The notes: a model not told the origin generated them from the sequence alone. DNA of 63,826 nt, filler included, from Stramenopiles sp. TOSAG23-2 (GCA_900128395.1; 7 parts of 7 records of this genome joined end to end with filler, not necessarily neighbours in it), one strand, 5' to 3'; shown: positions 11,150 through 24,000, numbered from the whole stretch's first letter. Translations and numbers: made by a program.

Positions 11150-11794
11150 GTGGTTTGAATTGAGAGTGGTGCAGTGTCAGCCGGCTGTGTTTTGGGCGAA
11201 TGCTTAAGCTCGTTCCTGGATCCTAGTGTACCAAGTGCATCCAGCAATCCGCTTCGTCCATCCTGAATAAACTGTTTGCAGGAAAGTGTATAAAAATGTC
11301 TGTTGCTAGCTCGTGTGCTAGTGAGCGACTGAGAAACAAAAATATAATAAAAATTTAATTCATTCATCAATTCAATAAAATAATTAAAATACAGAGTAAA
11401 TAATTTAATGTGAAAACTGTGCACTACAAATTAACAATATTCACTATAAGAAATATATATATATCGTTTTCTAAAATATCAATTTTATTTTTCATATATT
11501 TGTAAAAAATAGTAAATATCCGAATTATAGAAACTGATGAATATTTCCCCCATAGTGAATAGTGTTAAGTGCACCAGTTTTGACACGGTTTAGAGGGGAT
11601 ATACGCGGAGTACACTAACACAGCGCATGTCCATCAAAAAGTCACAGGAGTTTCAAATAATAGCATGTGCCTAATAGAATAATAATAATTTTGTATACTA
11701 ATGAATAGCATTACGAATTCTTTGCCTATTACAAAAAGACAATAAATCTAGAATAAACACAACTCCTTTCTTTCAATTTATGATGCCTAGAATA

Positions 11795-11976
11795 GTATTA
11801 CAGTACACACACATCATGTGCTCATATCTCTCTCTTCTTTTTTTTTTAAAAAATAAATATAAAGTTGCTGAGACAAGCCCACGGAGAATTAATGGCCATG
11901 CATTATATGTACGCACAGTACACACACATCATGTGCTCATATCTCTCTCTTCTTTTTTTTTTAAAAAATGATAAAG
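11795..11976 (+). repeat. Two near-identical intron-like GT...AG segments flanking 44 unique nt
   Basis: 11795-11864 and 11909-11976 share ACAGTACACACACATCATGTGCTCATATCTCTCTCTTC-T(n)-AAAAAAT. Both begin GTA and end TAAAG. Confidence 0.75.
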
Positions 11977-12079
11977 TATAATACCAGGTAGTACGTACCA
12001 GGTAGTATTATAATAATTAGAATAATGAATAAATAGTCTTTTTGTTTTAGATAATGTACATATATATATATATATACAG

Positions 12080-12314
12080 TATTGGAACATATCATTTCAC
12101 TGCTGAAAAACAGTATAAAATAAGTGTTGAAACAACAAAAAGTATGAACAACGTAAATGTTGTTGTTGGAGACATTCGTTTCGAGCGACTTTATAAAAAG
12201 GTACATGATACTAGTGAAGATTTTACAGCCATTGAAGAAACGTCTGGAAAAACATGTGTCGAACCGAGCAAAAGAATCTATGACTCTTCGTATGATGTAA
12301 TATTATATTCGTAA
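12080..12314 (+). CDS. Probable terminal exon of a small hypothetical gene
   Basis: Coding-like stretch (IGTYHFTAEKQYKISVETTKS...) begins right after (TA)n-CAG at 12079. Upstream exons are uncertain. Confidence 0.3.
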
Positions 12315-12717
12315 ATTAAATTATATATTAATAATATATGAGTAAGAGAACATTTTATATATAAAATAAATTTTGTATCATACACGTATTAATACTACCG
12401 CTTTAGCTTACTATATAATATTCTGTTTATTTATTATTCCATTTTTCTAATGGTTATCCACAAATACTAGTAAATTTCCGCATCATCATATATTAAGATA
12501 GTACTGTATATATATCCGAGTGCAAGTAAAAGAGAAATATAATATATAGAACAAGAAATACGAGGAAGTATCTATTAGCACTCATATAAGAAATTTGTTT
12601 GTTATATAGATAGATATATGCATCTTTTTTCTTCTTGAAATACTTGTAAGTGAGAATAATTTTACGATAATTATATATATCTGAATATATTTTATTATTT
12701 ATATTTCAATATCATCA

Positions 12718-13644
12718 ATGTTTGGGATGTATGTTTTACAATCTAATATATTCTTAGTCCTTTGTATAATCATAATTATTGCATGTTGTAATATATCAAC
12801 AATACTTGCAGAGAAACGTGAGTCTTCTAGTAATAGGAATAAATTCGATCCTTTTGATGACGATGATGATGATCGTGGAATTATGTTGCCACCACCAATG
12901 TTTATACCCCCCCCTTCACTTTTGTTGAATCAGAATTTATTCAAGCATTCAAAACATTTTTACCCACGAGAAAAAAATAGACAATTTCCAAATTTGAACA
13001 ATTTTGAAAATGTTGCAGCAATGATGGGTGAAAACGCGGCAAAGATGGCATTAAGAAAGCAAAGACGTTCATATGACACGAATGACAATACATTCTCTGA
13101 AAAATTTGAAAAAAATATAGTTTCTAGTGGTGATAATAATGATGAAGGAAGTGAAGATTTTTTCAGTAGCACAAGTAGTAGTAGTAGCAGCAGCAATAAT
13201 AATAATAATAATAATAATCAAAAGAAACATCATCAACTAATACAAGAAAAAGAAGTAGATCATTTAAGCAAAAGTATGTGGAGAAAAAAGATCAAGGAAA
13301 ATATCTATGAATTAAAAATGGACTTAGACAAGGGTATATCAGGAAATCATATTAGTATTCATGTGAATAAACAAATGGATTTAATAATTCGAGCTAAAAA
13401 AACAACAACAGAAATAAATGAAGAAATAACGAAATCAATTCCATTGCCACGACCTGCTACACCTGCAGATATACATGCAAATTTTAAAGCTGATGGTAAA
13501 TTAACATTGACATTATCAATTAAAAGTAATATTAGAGGCAAAAGTGGCAAAAATAAAAAGCGAAAAAAGGGAGAAGAAGGTGACATCTATCAAACTGCTG
13601 AACATATTATTGAAAGCTTAGTTGGCAAGAAGAAAAAAAAATAA
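12718..13644 (+). CDS. Small heat-shock (HSP20/alpha-crystallin-like) protein with N-terminal signal sequence
   Basis: Hydrophobic N-terminus (IFLVLCIIIIIACC). The C-terminal YELKMDLDKGISGNHISIHV...LIIRAK...KSIPLP...DIHANFKADGKLTLTL follows the alpha-crystallin pattern (LP....I.A.F..G.L.L). Confidence 0.7.
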   Translation: MFGMYVLQSNIFLVLCIIIIIACCNISTILAEKRESSSNRNKFDPFDDDDDDRGIMLPPPMFIPPPSLLLNQNLFKHSKHFYPREKNRQFPNLNNFENVAAMMGENAAKMALRKQRRSYDTNDNTFSEKFEKNIVSSGDNNDEGSEDFFSSTSSSSSSSNNNNNNNNQKKHHQLIQEKEVDHLSKSMWRKKIKENIYELKMDLDKGISGNHISIHVNKQMDLIIRAKKTTTEINEEITKSIPLPRPATPADIHANFKADGKLTLTLSIKSNIRGKSGKNKKRKKGEEGDIYQTAEHIIESLVGKKKKK

Positions 13645-13829
13645 TGTATATACGTAATATCCTATTGAATAAAAACAATAATTTGAAAGAGGAAGTAAAT
13701 CATTACATGTATCAATCTTTTAGAATCATAGAAAAAATAAAATTTTTTACGTATATTTTAAAAAAAAAAAACAGTTTTTTGATTAATATCACATTTTATC
13801 CGCACAGAAATATTTTTTTACGAGTATAT

Positions 13830-14432
13830 ATTTATCATATAACATGATTTTAATTTTATCAAATTTCAAAAATTACGCCCCCGTTTTTGTAAACAAAGCG
13901 CCCCAAATTAATTTTTCCTCGCACACGGCGGCGGAATAGTTTTTGTTTTTTTATATTGGTTAAAATCTAAGTTATAATAATTTTACACTTCTCGTGTTAA
14001 AGTAATATGCTCAATACTCAATCGCAAGAATAATATGCTATCCTACTATAATAAAGCTCTTAGCTCCTGACGTCGCCGCAAGCTCTCATGCGCCACCGCA
14101 AATTTATCATATAACATGATTTTAATTTTATCATTTTTCAAAAATTACGCCCCCCGTTTTTGTAAACAAAGCGCCCCAAATTAATTTTTCCTCGCACACG
14201 GCGGCGGAATAGTTTTTGTTTTTTTAATTTTATTTTTATGCAAATAATCCTCCGCCGTTATTTCTTGTTGTGCCAAAACTACCTTTTTGATCACTAATTT
14301 TGCGCCCCAAATTAATTTTTCCTCGCACACGGCGGCGGAATAGTTTTTGTTTTTTTAATTTTATTTTTATGCAAATAATCCTCCGCCGTTATTTCTTGTT
14401 GTGCCAAAACTACCTTTTTGATCACTAATTTT
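13830..14432. repeat. Compound direct-repeat region
   Basis: Slightly diverged ~123-bp direct repeats (13830-13952, 14102-14225) flank a dispersed-repeat copy. An exact 131-bp tandem duplication follows (14171-14301, 14302-14432). Confidence 0.9.
13958..14100 (+). repeat. Dispersed repeat family copy (possible non-autonomous element)
   Basis: Colinear with 24901-25036: GGTTAAAATCTAAGTTATA...TAATTTTAC...GTAATATGCTCAA(A)TACTCAATC...CTATCCTACTAT...TAAAGCTCT...CATGCGCCRCCGCAA. Confidence 0.8.
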
Positions 14433-14578
14433 TTGATTAACAGATCCTTGTTCGCATAACTAAATGTAACATAATAAAAGTAAATACAAGAGCATATCGA
14501 TATTGAATTTATGTATATGCGTTAGCAAAGATAATTTTATGGCACAAGGGAATATATGAACAAGCAAAGTAATATAAT

Positions 14579-14986
14579 TTATAGGTATTCTATACTTACC
14601 ACATGGTTAACAATTCTTGGAGCAGTGTTGGGTCTCGTAGCATTGAGAATAATAGTTCTTTGCGTAGATTTGCTAACATCTAGAGGAATCGCAGAATGTC
14701 CCATAACTCTTTCTACACGTCGAATATAGGCAGTGTTTGGACGAACGCTAGCACCTTTGAATGGGGAAACAGTATTCATCCCATTGATTTTGTAAATACT
14801 TGGTTGAGACGCACGAATGACATATGGATTTACCTTAGCACCTTTGAATGGGGAAACAGTATTCATCCCATTGATTTTGTAAATACTTGGTTGAGACGCA
14901 CGAATGACATATGGATTTACCTTTCTTCTACGTCTTATGTTACGTGTTTTTTGAACGTACAATCTGTCCCATACATTATCTGACAT
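14579..14986 (-). CDS. Small basic protein with VWDRLY and two RPNTA motifs (possibly cilium/microtubule associated); contains an exact 87-bp duplication
   Basis: ATG-initiated ORF. 14749-14835 equals 14836-14922, giving a 29-aa repeat; 106 aa if collapsed. Confidence 0.55.
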   Translation of the reverse strand: MSDNVWDRLYVQKTRNIRRRRKVNPYVIRASQPSIYKINGMNTVSPFKGAKVNPYVIRASQPSIYKINGMNTVSPFKGASVRPNTAYIRRVERVMGHSAIPLDVSKSTQRTIILNATRPNTAPRIVNHVVSIEYL

Positions 14987-15573
14987 GATGATGATATATT
15001 ATATATATGATTTATTATATATGTATACACGAAATAATATTTGTGAATATATTTTAATGCACTTATTATATTTATTCAATCTTATATATTTTTAATATTT
15101 TTAATATATACACGAAATGATATTTGTGAATATATTTTAAAATGCACTTAATATCCAATTTTTTATATTTTAATATATATATATTAGATGTTCTATTTTT
15201 TTCTCCCATGTATGTCTATCTAGATGTATATATAATATATTTATTTTTATATATCAGGATATATATTAATAAATATAAAAGATATGTGTATCCGAATGGT
15301 TAGATATAACAGTGGTACTACCTGGTAAATAAATATAATAATAAAATATGGCCTTTGTCATATTTTTAGCAGGCGAGTAGTACTAAGTGGAGGAGTGGTG
15401 TATAAGTTGGTTGAAAGGCGGGTATATAGGTAGGCATCATCGTAATCTAAAATCTTTAGTAATATATTAATACAGAGTTGTATTGTATATATATAGTATT
15501 TTTACTCATTAATTTTATTTTACACATCAAAGTGCCAAAGCACCAAATCCAATCATTATTTTTATTAAAAGTT

Positions 15574-18500
15574 TTAAAATCTTTTTGGTGGACTAGGTGG
15601 TGGACCAATTTTACATCTAACAATTTTACTTGGACTAATATTGTGTCTAACTTTGTTCTTATTATTAGTATCACTAGCGCTAGTAGATGTTGTTCGAAGG
15701 TGGACCAATTTTACATCTAACAATTTTACTTGGACTAATATTGTGTCTAACTTTGTTCTTATTATTAGTATCACTAGCGCTAGTAGATGTTGTTCGAACA
15801 TTTAAATTTGATTTTCTATAACTATTATTATCATTGCCAAAACTAATACTACTTGTAAGAAAATGATTTGGACTTTCTGCTTTTATATGATTTTGAACAT
15901 TATGTGAGCTATTATCATATACGACTTTACCACTATGACCACCAAAATTGCCATGCTTTTCAAATCGTTTTTGTTCTGCTGTACGCATTGCTGGGGCAAT
16001 GTTCAATGGTCTACCCCATGGATCTAATCGTTGTTTACTGTCGATATCTTCATATCTACTTTCAGTGCCTTGTGCAACTTTTGGCTTAGGTGTTTTTGCA
16101 CCTAATGATGCAACTACATGACGATCATTCATTCCACGCCATGAATTGCCACCAGGACTTGTAATTTTAAAACCATCAACAGTTTTATCATGAGAAGATG
16201 TGCTAAATGTACCATGTTGACTTAATGCATTGAAAAAATCATTATATTTTACATAACCATCTTTGTTTTTTTCCAATTTTTTTACAACCCAATTTAATTC
16301 TTGAGAACGAAATAAATGAGAACATTCATTTGCTAATGCATTTGTAAATTGATTAACGGAAACTTTTCCTGAATTAATATTATCATAGCTAGCTAAACGT
16401 CTTTGCAGCGCTGCTTTGCGAGCAGACACGACATCGCCCATTTTACGCATTAATTTTACTTCTTCTTGCGTTTTTGGGATCCATTCACTTAGTTTTCCAT
16501 TTGCACCAGAATCGTAACCTTGTCTAGTTGGAGAATTGATACGGCCATCATTCGTTTTACCTTGATGATCATAGTGATCTAATAAATCGCTTCTATTGTA
16601 TTGTTTCATTGCTTTGTAATCATGATACACTCTCTTTGTATGCTGTTGCAAAGCACTTTTATTTTGATATCCAATGTTCCAAGAACCATTATATATACCA
16701 ATATGGCTCGTTAAATGCGGACGACGTTTCAATTCACTATATTCATGGCGTAACAAATTTTGGAAATCTTCTACACGGACATGACCTCTATCGTCTCCTC
16801 CTAGTTTTTCAATTAATAATTTAGTCTCTTCATTTGATAACCCAACTTCCGTATGTTTATGCAATACTTTTTTAAAATCTGCGTTTGTAATCTCCCCATC
16901 GCCATTATAATCGCATGCACGCAAATCATCATTTAATGGACCATCATCACCATAAATGGTACTACCACTTTCCATGACACGTTGCATAACTTTTTGCATA
17001 ATCTGTTTCTGTATTTTTTGTTCTTTCGATAAAAAGCCACTGTTTAAATAACTATAATTTTTATTATCAGTATTTTCTTGGTAAATTGTCATTTTATTAC
17101 GTCGAACATAATCAGCATCTTCAAAATCATCAACCGGCGTCATACCACTACCAATATGCGATTCGTGGGATTTCATTGGTTGATCTAATGCATCAACAAA
17201 GTCGCTATATTTAATTTCCCCATATTTATTTCCCATGTTTTTTGTTAAAGATCGCAATACTTGTTGATCGTTCTCATCTAGTCTTACACCCATCTCGCCC
17301 AAACCACGCATTAAAGTTTTATGACTTACATAACCTTTTTGTTCCTCGTCTAACGATTTTAAAAGATCTTTATATTTCCATGCACGCCCTCTAATACCGT
17401 CCCGTAATTTTGAAAATGTATTTTCGTTCTGTTTTTCCTTTTCAGAATATGAAAGGTTTCCCTCCCTCGGTGCTGTTCTAGATAATACGTCGGTTAGATG
17501 GTAGTAATCGATTTGTCCAGAGCCAGCTGCATCGAAATGTCTAGTCAAATCACGCATTTCTGCTTTGTTCAAACGTATTCCTAAAGATGTCCTCAACGTG
17601 CGGAAAAAATCATCGTATGATAATGCCCCGTCTCTATCTCTGTCGGCTACTCGCAATGCAGCCTTTAATCGAGTTGCGCTACCACGACTTTCGCTACGTA
17701 ATTTTTCTTGCAAGGATTGTAAAGAATGTAAATCCTGACCTTCCATATATTTCACACCGCCCTCCTTGTCTTCACGATTTAATAATTGAATTTGAACCAT
17801 TTTTGACACTTCAGATTGTTTCGCATGCATACCTGCAGTTGCCCATGGCAAAGAACTATATGATGTTTTTCCTAATTCCCCATCTTGGATATTTCTATCC
17901 GATGCTAATGGTCTTTCCCCGGGTGGCACTGGTTCTACCGTAATTCTACCCGTTTTGAAAGTATGCGAATTTCCAGGCTTAATTTGTAGTGCATTAATAG
18001 CATCTGAATAATTAATTTCACCTGTACCTTCTGGATCTAACTCTTTCATTAAAGACTGAATATCTTTTGCACCCATATATCTTAAAGCATTCCTGAATTC
18101 ATTTGTTTGTAATTGACCATCATAATTGTCATCAAATGAACGAAACATTTTCATCAATTTCTGCTCATCTTTCACACGGCCACGTATGTTTGCACTATTC
18201 ATCCTTGGAATAAATGACGAGCCAGATTTAGAACGCAAACGTTTTACCATGATAGGATCAGCAGTGCCACTACCAACTGGCAATAAACCTTCCATTGGTC
18301 TTAATGGTACTTTTTGCCCATGGCGATCACGAAATGGATCTTGTGTTGAATCATCCCATGCATCTTCCCGCATACGATTCCATACAATTTCGTCTGATCG
18401 CTCTGCCATTCGTTCACGATGAATCATGTCATTCAACTGACGTTGACTTACTTGTGCATCTCCGTTCCAATCTCTACCTTGCATATTTGATTGTATTTGA

Positions 18501-19453
18501 TATGCTGGACTTAAACTTCGTCGATCTAATTCTTTATGTGCTGCTGGATTTCGTGAACTTTTATTTAATCGTGCATCAACCATGCTACCCGGACGTCTCA
18601 TTCCATAATTATTTTCCTCCGCTTTTCGTTGCTTTTCTTCACGTGCTTTTAAGCTTCTTTCATGAACATAATCACGTTGCGACGAGCCTTTCATTGCTTT
18701 TAACGCGTTTGCACTTGCATGGTTATCAATATGTGAACTTTCTACCTTGCTATATCGTTTTAAATGTGTATGACGTTCTCCTATTTTTGCAGAATTCATG
18801 GAAGCAGGCGAGGACATGGATCTTGCCATTCGTTGTTCAACATCTGCACCTAAAGATCTTTGTGGTGCTTGCATATTTGTTGCTTGAGCTTGTGGCGGTG
18901 GTGGTGGTGGCGGCGGTGGTTGTGCGCCTCGTCCTCCTGGTAATCCAACATTTGTTGCTGAAGTTAAAGAATTTTTTCTATTCATATGTTGTTTTTGTGC
19001 ATTTGACATTCTTTGTTGTTGTTGTGTCGCACGTGGCATCATTTGTGAAAATTGTTGACTTGGTGATTGTTGCATAGGGCTAAAATTAGATTGCGGCATT
19101 GAATATTCACTTAAACCTTGTTTATATCTTTGCTCTAACATTCTAGTCGTAGTAGATGGCGAGGAGGATTGGTTTGGATATTGATATGCTTTATTTGTAT
19201 ATTGTTGTGGTGGTGATTTAGGTACATCTGGTGTTCCCCATGTACCAATTGCTTGTCCATAATGTTGTATTGGCACGTTTCTCATATGTTTATATCTTTG
19301 CTCTAACATTCTAGTCGTAGTAGATGGCGAGGAGGATTGGTTTGGATATTGATATGCTTTATTTGTATATTGTTGTGGTGGTGATTTAGGTACATCTGGT
19401 GTTCCCCATGTACCAATTGCTTGTCCATAATGTTGTATTGGCACGTTTCTCAT
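15574..19453 (-). CDS. Multi-EF-hand calcium-binding protein (5 EF-hand pairs, EFCAB6-like architecture)
   Basis: Loops DDNYDGQLQTNE, DPEGTGEINYSD, DRDRDGALSYDD, DAAGSGQIDYYH, DEEQKGYVSHKT, NKYGEIKYSD, DYNGDGEITNAD, GGDDRGHVRVED, DNINSGKVSVNQ, EKNKDGYVKYND. Collapsing the 168-bp (19119-19453) and 100-bp (15599-15798) duplications gives 1203 aa ending KIGPPPSPPKRF at 15574. Confidence 0.85.
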
Positions 19454-19842
19454 GTTTGATATTTTTGTTTACAATATTTCTATACCGAAAGGTAATTACG
19501 ATATGGGTGTTATTTACCAAATATAATCTACTATTTGTATTAACGTATATATATATATATATATATATCACACATTAAGATACACACACAGACAGAGGGC
19601 GGCGATGTACATATTTACAATGCACATTCCCACACCATCACAATTAATCAATTATTATTATTATTTAAATATATATAAGTTAGGCCTTTTATTGTAGAAA
19701 AGAAGAAGCAGCCCATATTATGATTTTGATGAGTTTTAGTACTATTCACCTGCTAATTTGGACGGGGATAAGAGGCCGACTGATAATTCTAGAATAATGA
19801 AAAATGTCGAACCGATAAATTTTTTTTTGTTTTTTCTTTCAT

Positions 19843-20198
19843 TGTTCAAAAACCTTAACCTGTGGTGCACAGTATTCACCTGCTATATTAATATATACAT
19901 GATATATTTGATAGGCAAAATATAAAATATAGTATATCATAAGTAAGAAGTTCTGTTCAAAAACCTTAACCTGTGGTGTGCGCAGTATTCACCTGCTATA
20001 TATACTGTATATTTGATAGGTATAATATAAAATATAGTATATCATAAGTAAGAAGTTCTGTTCAAAAACCTGTTTGGTGCACACAGTATTCACCTGCTAT
20101 CGCTATACATGTACCATTTGATAGGTATAATATAAAATATAGTATATCATAAGTACGAAGTTCATGCTAATTTTATAGCAGATAGCAGGTGAATACTG
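19843..20198. repeat. Minisatellite, three diverged 105-111 bp units plus an inverted core copy
   Basis: Units start TGTTCAAAAACC at 19843, 19954 and 20059. Core CAGTATTCACCTGCTAT occurs in each unit and inverted at 20182-20198. Confidence 0.9.
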
Positions 20199-20378
20199 GA
20201 ATACTGTGAACTGTGAACCATGAAGTTTGTGTTTGGATAATTTACACATTCAAGTATAACTTTATTTATAGTCATCATTGATTTATTGATAGGACAAAAA
20301 TGGAATTATCGTACAAAAATCTAAAATGGCGCAGATTAGCATACCAATAACATTAGTGCTATTTATATACTAAATAGG

Positions 20379-20478
20379 NNNNNNNNNNNNNNNNNNNNNN
20401 NNNNNNNNNNNNNNNNNNNNNNTTAATTAATTAANNNNNNNNNNNNNNNNNNNNNNNNNNNNNNNNNNNNNNNNNNNN
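20379..20478. other. Artificial contig spacer
   Basis: 44 N + TTAATTAATTAA + 44 N. Confidence 0.99.
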
Positions 20479-21050
20479 TCCCTGTTTCGTTTGGTTTTCT
20501 TTTCTTGCTTTTATATACATCTTATCTATCTACTCATCTTTCTTTATATACGAAAATATTATTTAATTAGTTTCGACTATTATTATTATTAGTAGAAGAA
20601 GAATTCATGTGTTATTGATGATGGCAATTCAATCATCATCCTCATGTTAATGTTGCTTTGGCGGTCGGAAATTGGATTTCATATGTACAGGAGAAGGGCA
20701 CACAGTATTGGTTATCTTATAATGATAGTGATATTTTATTATTTAGTATACAATAAGTACATAAATAGTACCTCACGCCTCACGCATCACGCCCAAGGCA
20801 CGCAATATTCTCGATTCTTCATTTCATATCTGCACCCATCATTTTTTTTTGATGAACGTTTGTTTGTTGTCCTGCCGGCCTGGTTGTATACCAATTCAAA
20901 CATATCCATTAAAAAAGTTATTAAAATATACATAGAACAATGTCGATTATAGATATATGTAGATGAAGATATAGATACATTCAATATATAATAATATATA
21001 TCAACTCGTGTCTGTTGATAGATAGATAGATATACACACACAAGTAGAAG

Positions 21051-24000
21051 ATGAATTTCAACCCACCAAGTGGAAATACATATAAACCGCCACCACTGTC
21101 ATCTAAAAATAATAGTAAAGTACGTGCAGTGAGTGGAATTATACCAAATAGTGGTGGCCTTATGTTTGCATTGCCAACTTATGAAGAAGCTGGCGAGGAT
21201 ACACCAAAACTAAATCGCAATAGGCAACAGAAGACCTCCGCTCCAAGAGCATCTTTCACAAAAAGTCGTAGTGGTAAGGGTAAAAACAAAAATCGTGTAA
21301 AAAAAGCTTCAAAGACAAAAGACACTTCAATTAATATTAATGTACCTGTAGTAAACTTTGTAGAATCGCCTTTACAAGACACGTCAAGTATTCATCGCAT
21401 ATCAGTAAACAAGCAAGAACAACAAGTGCAACAACTCGATAAATTACCATCATGGAAAGAGTTTAGCAGTCATGATGATGATAGCAGTGATAGCAAAGGG
21501 TCTGACTCTCCTCGAAGTACGAGTGAAACAGATGTTTTGTCCTCGCCTTTAGAAAATACTACTACGACAAGACGCGTGAAGAAAAAAAAGAAAAAAGTTT
21601 TATCAAAAAAAAAATCATCTCCTAAATATGGCTTGACATCAAGTAAAAAAAGAAGTGGGACTAGAAGGACCAAAAAAAAGAGTCGAAATAGTCCAAGAGA
21701 TTCTGTTAAAAAGTCTGATGTAGAACCTACAGCTACGGCTTTTGAAGCTGATGATGATGAATATAGCGATAACAATAACAATAACAATAACAATAACAAT
21801 AACAATAACAATAACAATAACAACAATAATGATGACGATGATGAGAGCAAAAGTGGTAGCAGCAATAGTAGTAGTATTAGTTTATCTGCACTTGCAGCAT
21901 CGACGAATGATGAATGGTATAATAATAATGAGCAAGATGATAATAAGAACGTGAAAACAAATAATAAAAAAGAAAAAAATGAGAATAGACACAATAGTGA
22001 TACAAAAACTCGTACAAGGATGAAAAGAAAGCTTGAAAGGAAAAAAAGAGAAAAAGCATCGCAAAAGTTGAGTCCAGAACATGCAGAAATAATTAAATTG
22101 CAACAACAAAAGCATCCATCACGGATTAAAATTGATTCAACTAATGGAAATGATCCATCGCGTACGGTGCGTATCCATAGATCTGGTACTGTTGAAATAG
22201 TAACTGGAAATCAACGTGATGAGTATAATAATATGTATGGCAATAATGATGATTATGATCAGCAGAATTTAGATGATGAGGATAATGATGATGATTTCGA
22301 CAACGATAGTTACGAAGTATTACAAAATTTTTGGAAAAAACGACGTGACGTGTTAAATAAAATAGATACTAAATTTTCGAAATCATTTGGTATTCGAAAA
22401 AATCAAGATAATTTAACAGAAGCTGATCGATGGAGACAACGGTTTGGTATTCGTCCTGAATGGCATGAGATTCCACGCCGGGAAGCATTTACGATTAGAG
22501 ATAATATTGATACACGTATTGAAGATCATTTTACTGCAAAAATGAATGATATTGAAAATAATAATATGGGTAGTGCAACGACTGCTATATCAAAAGAAAT
22601 AACGTTGAAACAGGAAAATGATGATCTGAAAGCACGTTTAAATGTAAATGAGGAAAAATTTGTCGCATTAGAGAAAGAATGGAAGAAAACATTGGAAACG
22701 CTTGCTGCTAAGTCCCCACGAAAAAGTCCTAGGAAGTCACCATCAAAAAAGGCATTGTTAAATAATAATAGCTTCAAAGTCTTAACTCCAGAACGTAATA
22801 GATATACAGAAGGTGAGTCTGAACAAAAGAAAATTGAATTAGAACAGGCAACTACTGGATGGCTGCGATGGTTACGTGAATGCATAGGTGTTAAAGCAAC
22901 ACAAGTGCAAAATAGCAAAAATAATAGTGCTGCCAATGTACAACGCATGAATAGATTTCAAGAACTAGCAAAGTTTGATGCCTCATCTGTGTCTGATGCG
23001 AGTTCATTTGATGGGCGATATCGTAGTAATAATCATACCTTTGATGTTGAACATGATGAACGCGCGTCCTCGCCACCACCACCATTACCACCTGCTTTGC
23101 AAGAATCTGCAATCGGGCCGGAAGCCCATGCGCTCGAACGAGCATGTGTATCATTAATGGAAGCTGTTCAAGCAAAAGAGACCTTGAGGAAGAAGCTTTA
23201 TCGAACAATGATGCAAAAATCCAGAAGTGCAACAGCAAAAGCAAAAGCGGAAATGGAAGAACAGTATAATCGTGTATTAGATAATTTGAAGGAAGAGCAT
23301 AAAGCGAAAATACGAGAATTGAAAGAGAAAGTCGAAGAAAAAGATGAAAAGTTGCAAATTGCTGAAAGCGATTCAAATAGACGACATAAAGAGGAAATAG
23401 AAAAATTGAAGCATAAAATAGAAGAAAGTGAGAGTAGATTTAAAAAGGTAAAAGAAATTGCAAAGCATGATGCGGAATATGAATTATATCAGCAACGTAA
23501 TGAACTAGAAAAAGATCACCGTACAAAATATGAAGTGGTTCAAGCACAGGTTATTAAGTTGCAAGAGGAAAACGAAGTTTTCCGTTCTCGTGAAAATGAC
23601 TTTGATATAGCTAAGGTGAAAGAAGAACTAAGAGTCAGTGAAGAGACATTGAAAAAAGCGCGTGAATATGGAGAACTTCATTACAATCGTGCACGTAGTT
23701 TAGAAGAGACCCTGAATAAGCAAATAAATGAAGTGAAAGAGGAAGCGCGGAATGCTGTCAATAGAGCAAGAGAGGAGCATACTATTCGATTAAATGCAAT
23801 AAGAAATACGCATGAGGAGCAATTGACCACATTGAAAGCAAAAACAAATTCTTTAAAACAAGACCAAGAATTAATGGTTCGTCGTATGCAAAATGAAAAT
23901 AAACGACGAATGCAAGAGGCTACCAAGGCAGCAAGACAAGAGGCCAGCCGAAATATCACTACAGCAAGAACAGAGTTTGAAGCCTTGGCAGAAAGTAAAG

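Noticed and set aside
15368-15400. GCGAGTAGTACT resembling part of 5S rRNA
   Set aside because: The match is only ~10 nt and the flanks do not follow 5S sequence or structure.
19119-19453. 56-aa N-terminal protein repeat in the EF-hand protein (likewise the 42-aa repeat in the MFS and the 29-aa repeat at 14749)
   Set aside because: 100% nucleotide identity and the same pattern as the frameshifting duplications. Treated as probable artefacts rather than evolved repeats.
19843-20163. CRISPR-like repeat/spacer appearance
   Set aside because: The inter-core sequences are homologous to each other, there are no cas genes, and the context is eukaryotic. It is a minisatellite.
21470-21994. Antisense poly-Leu/Val ORFs (also 7003, 35160, 46648, 47905, 49047, 59137)
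   Set aside because: Shadows of Asn/Ser/Thr codon runs on the coding strand.
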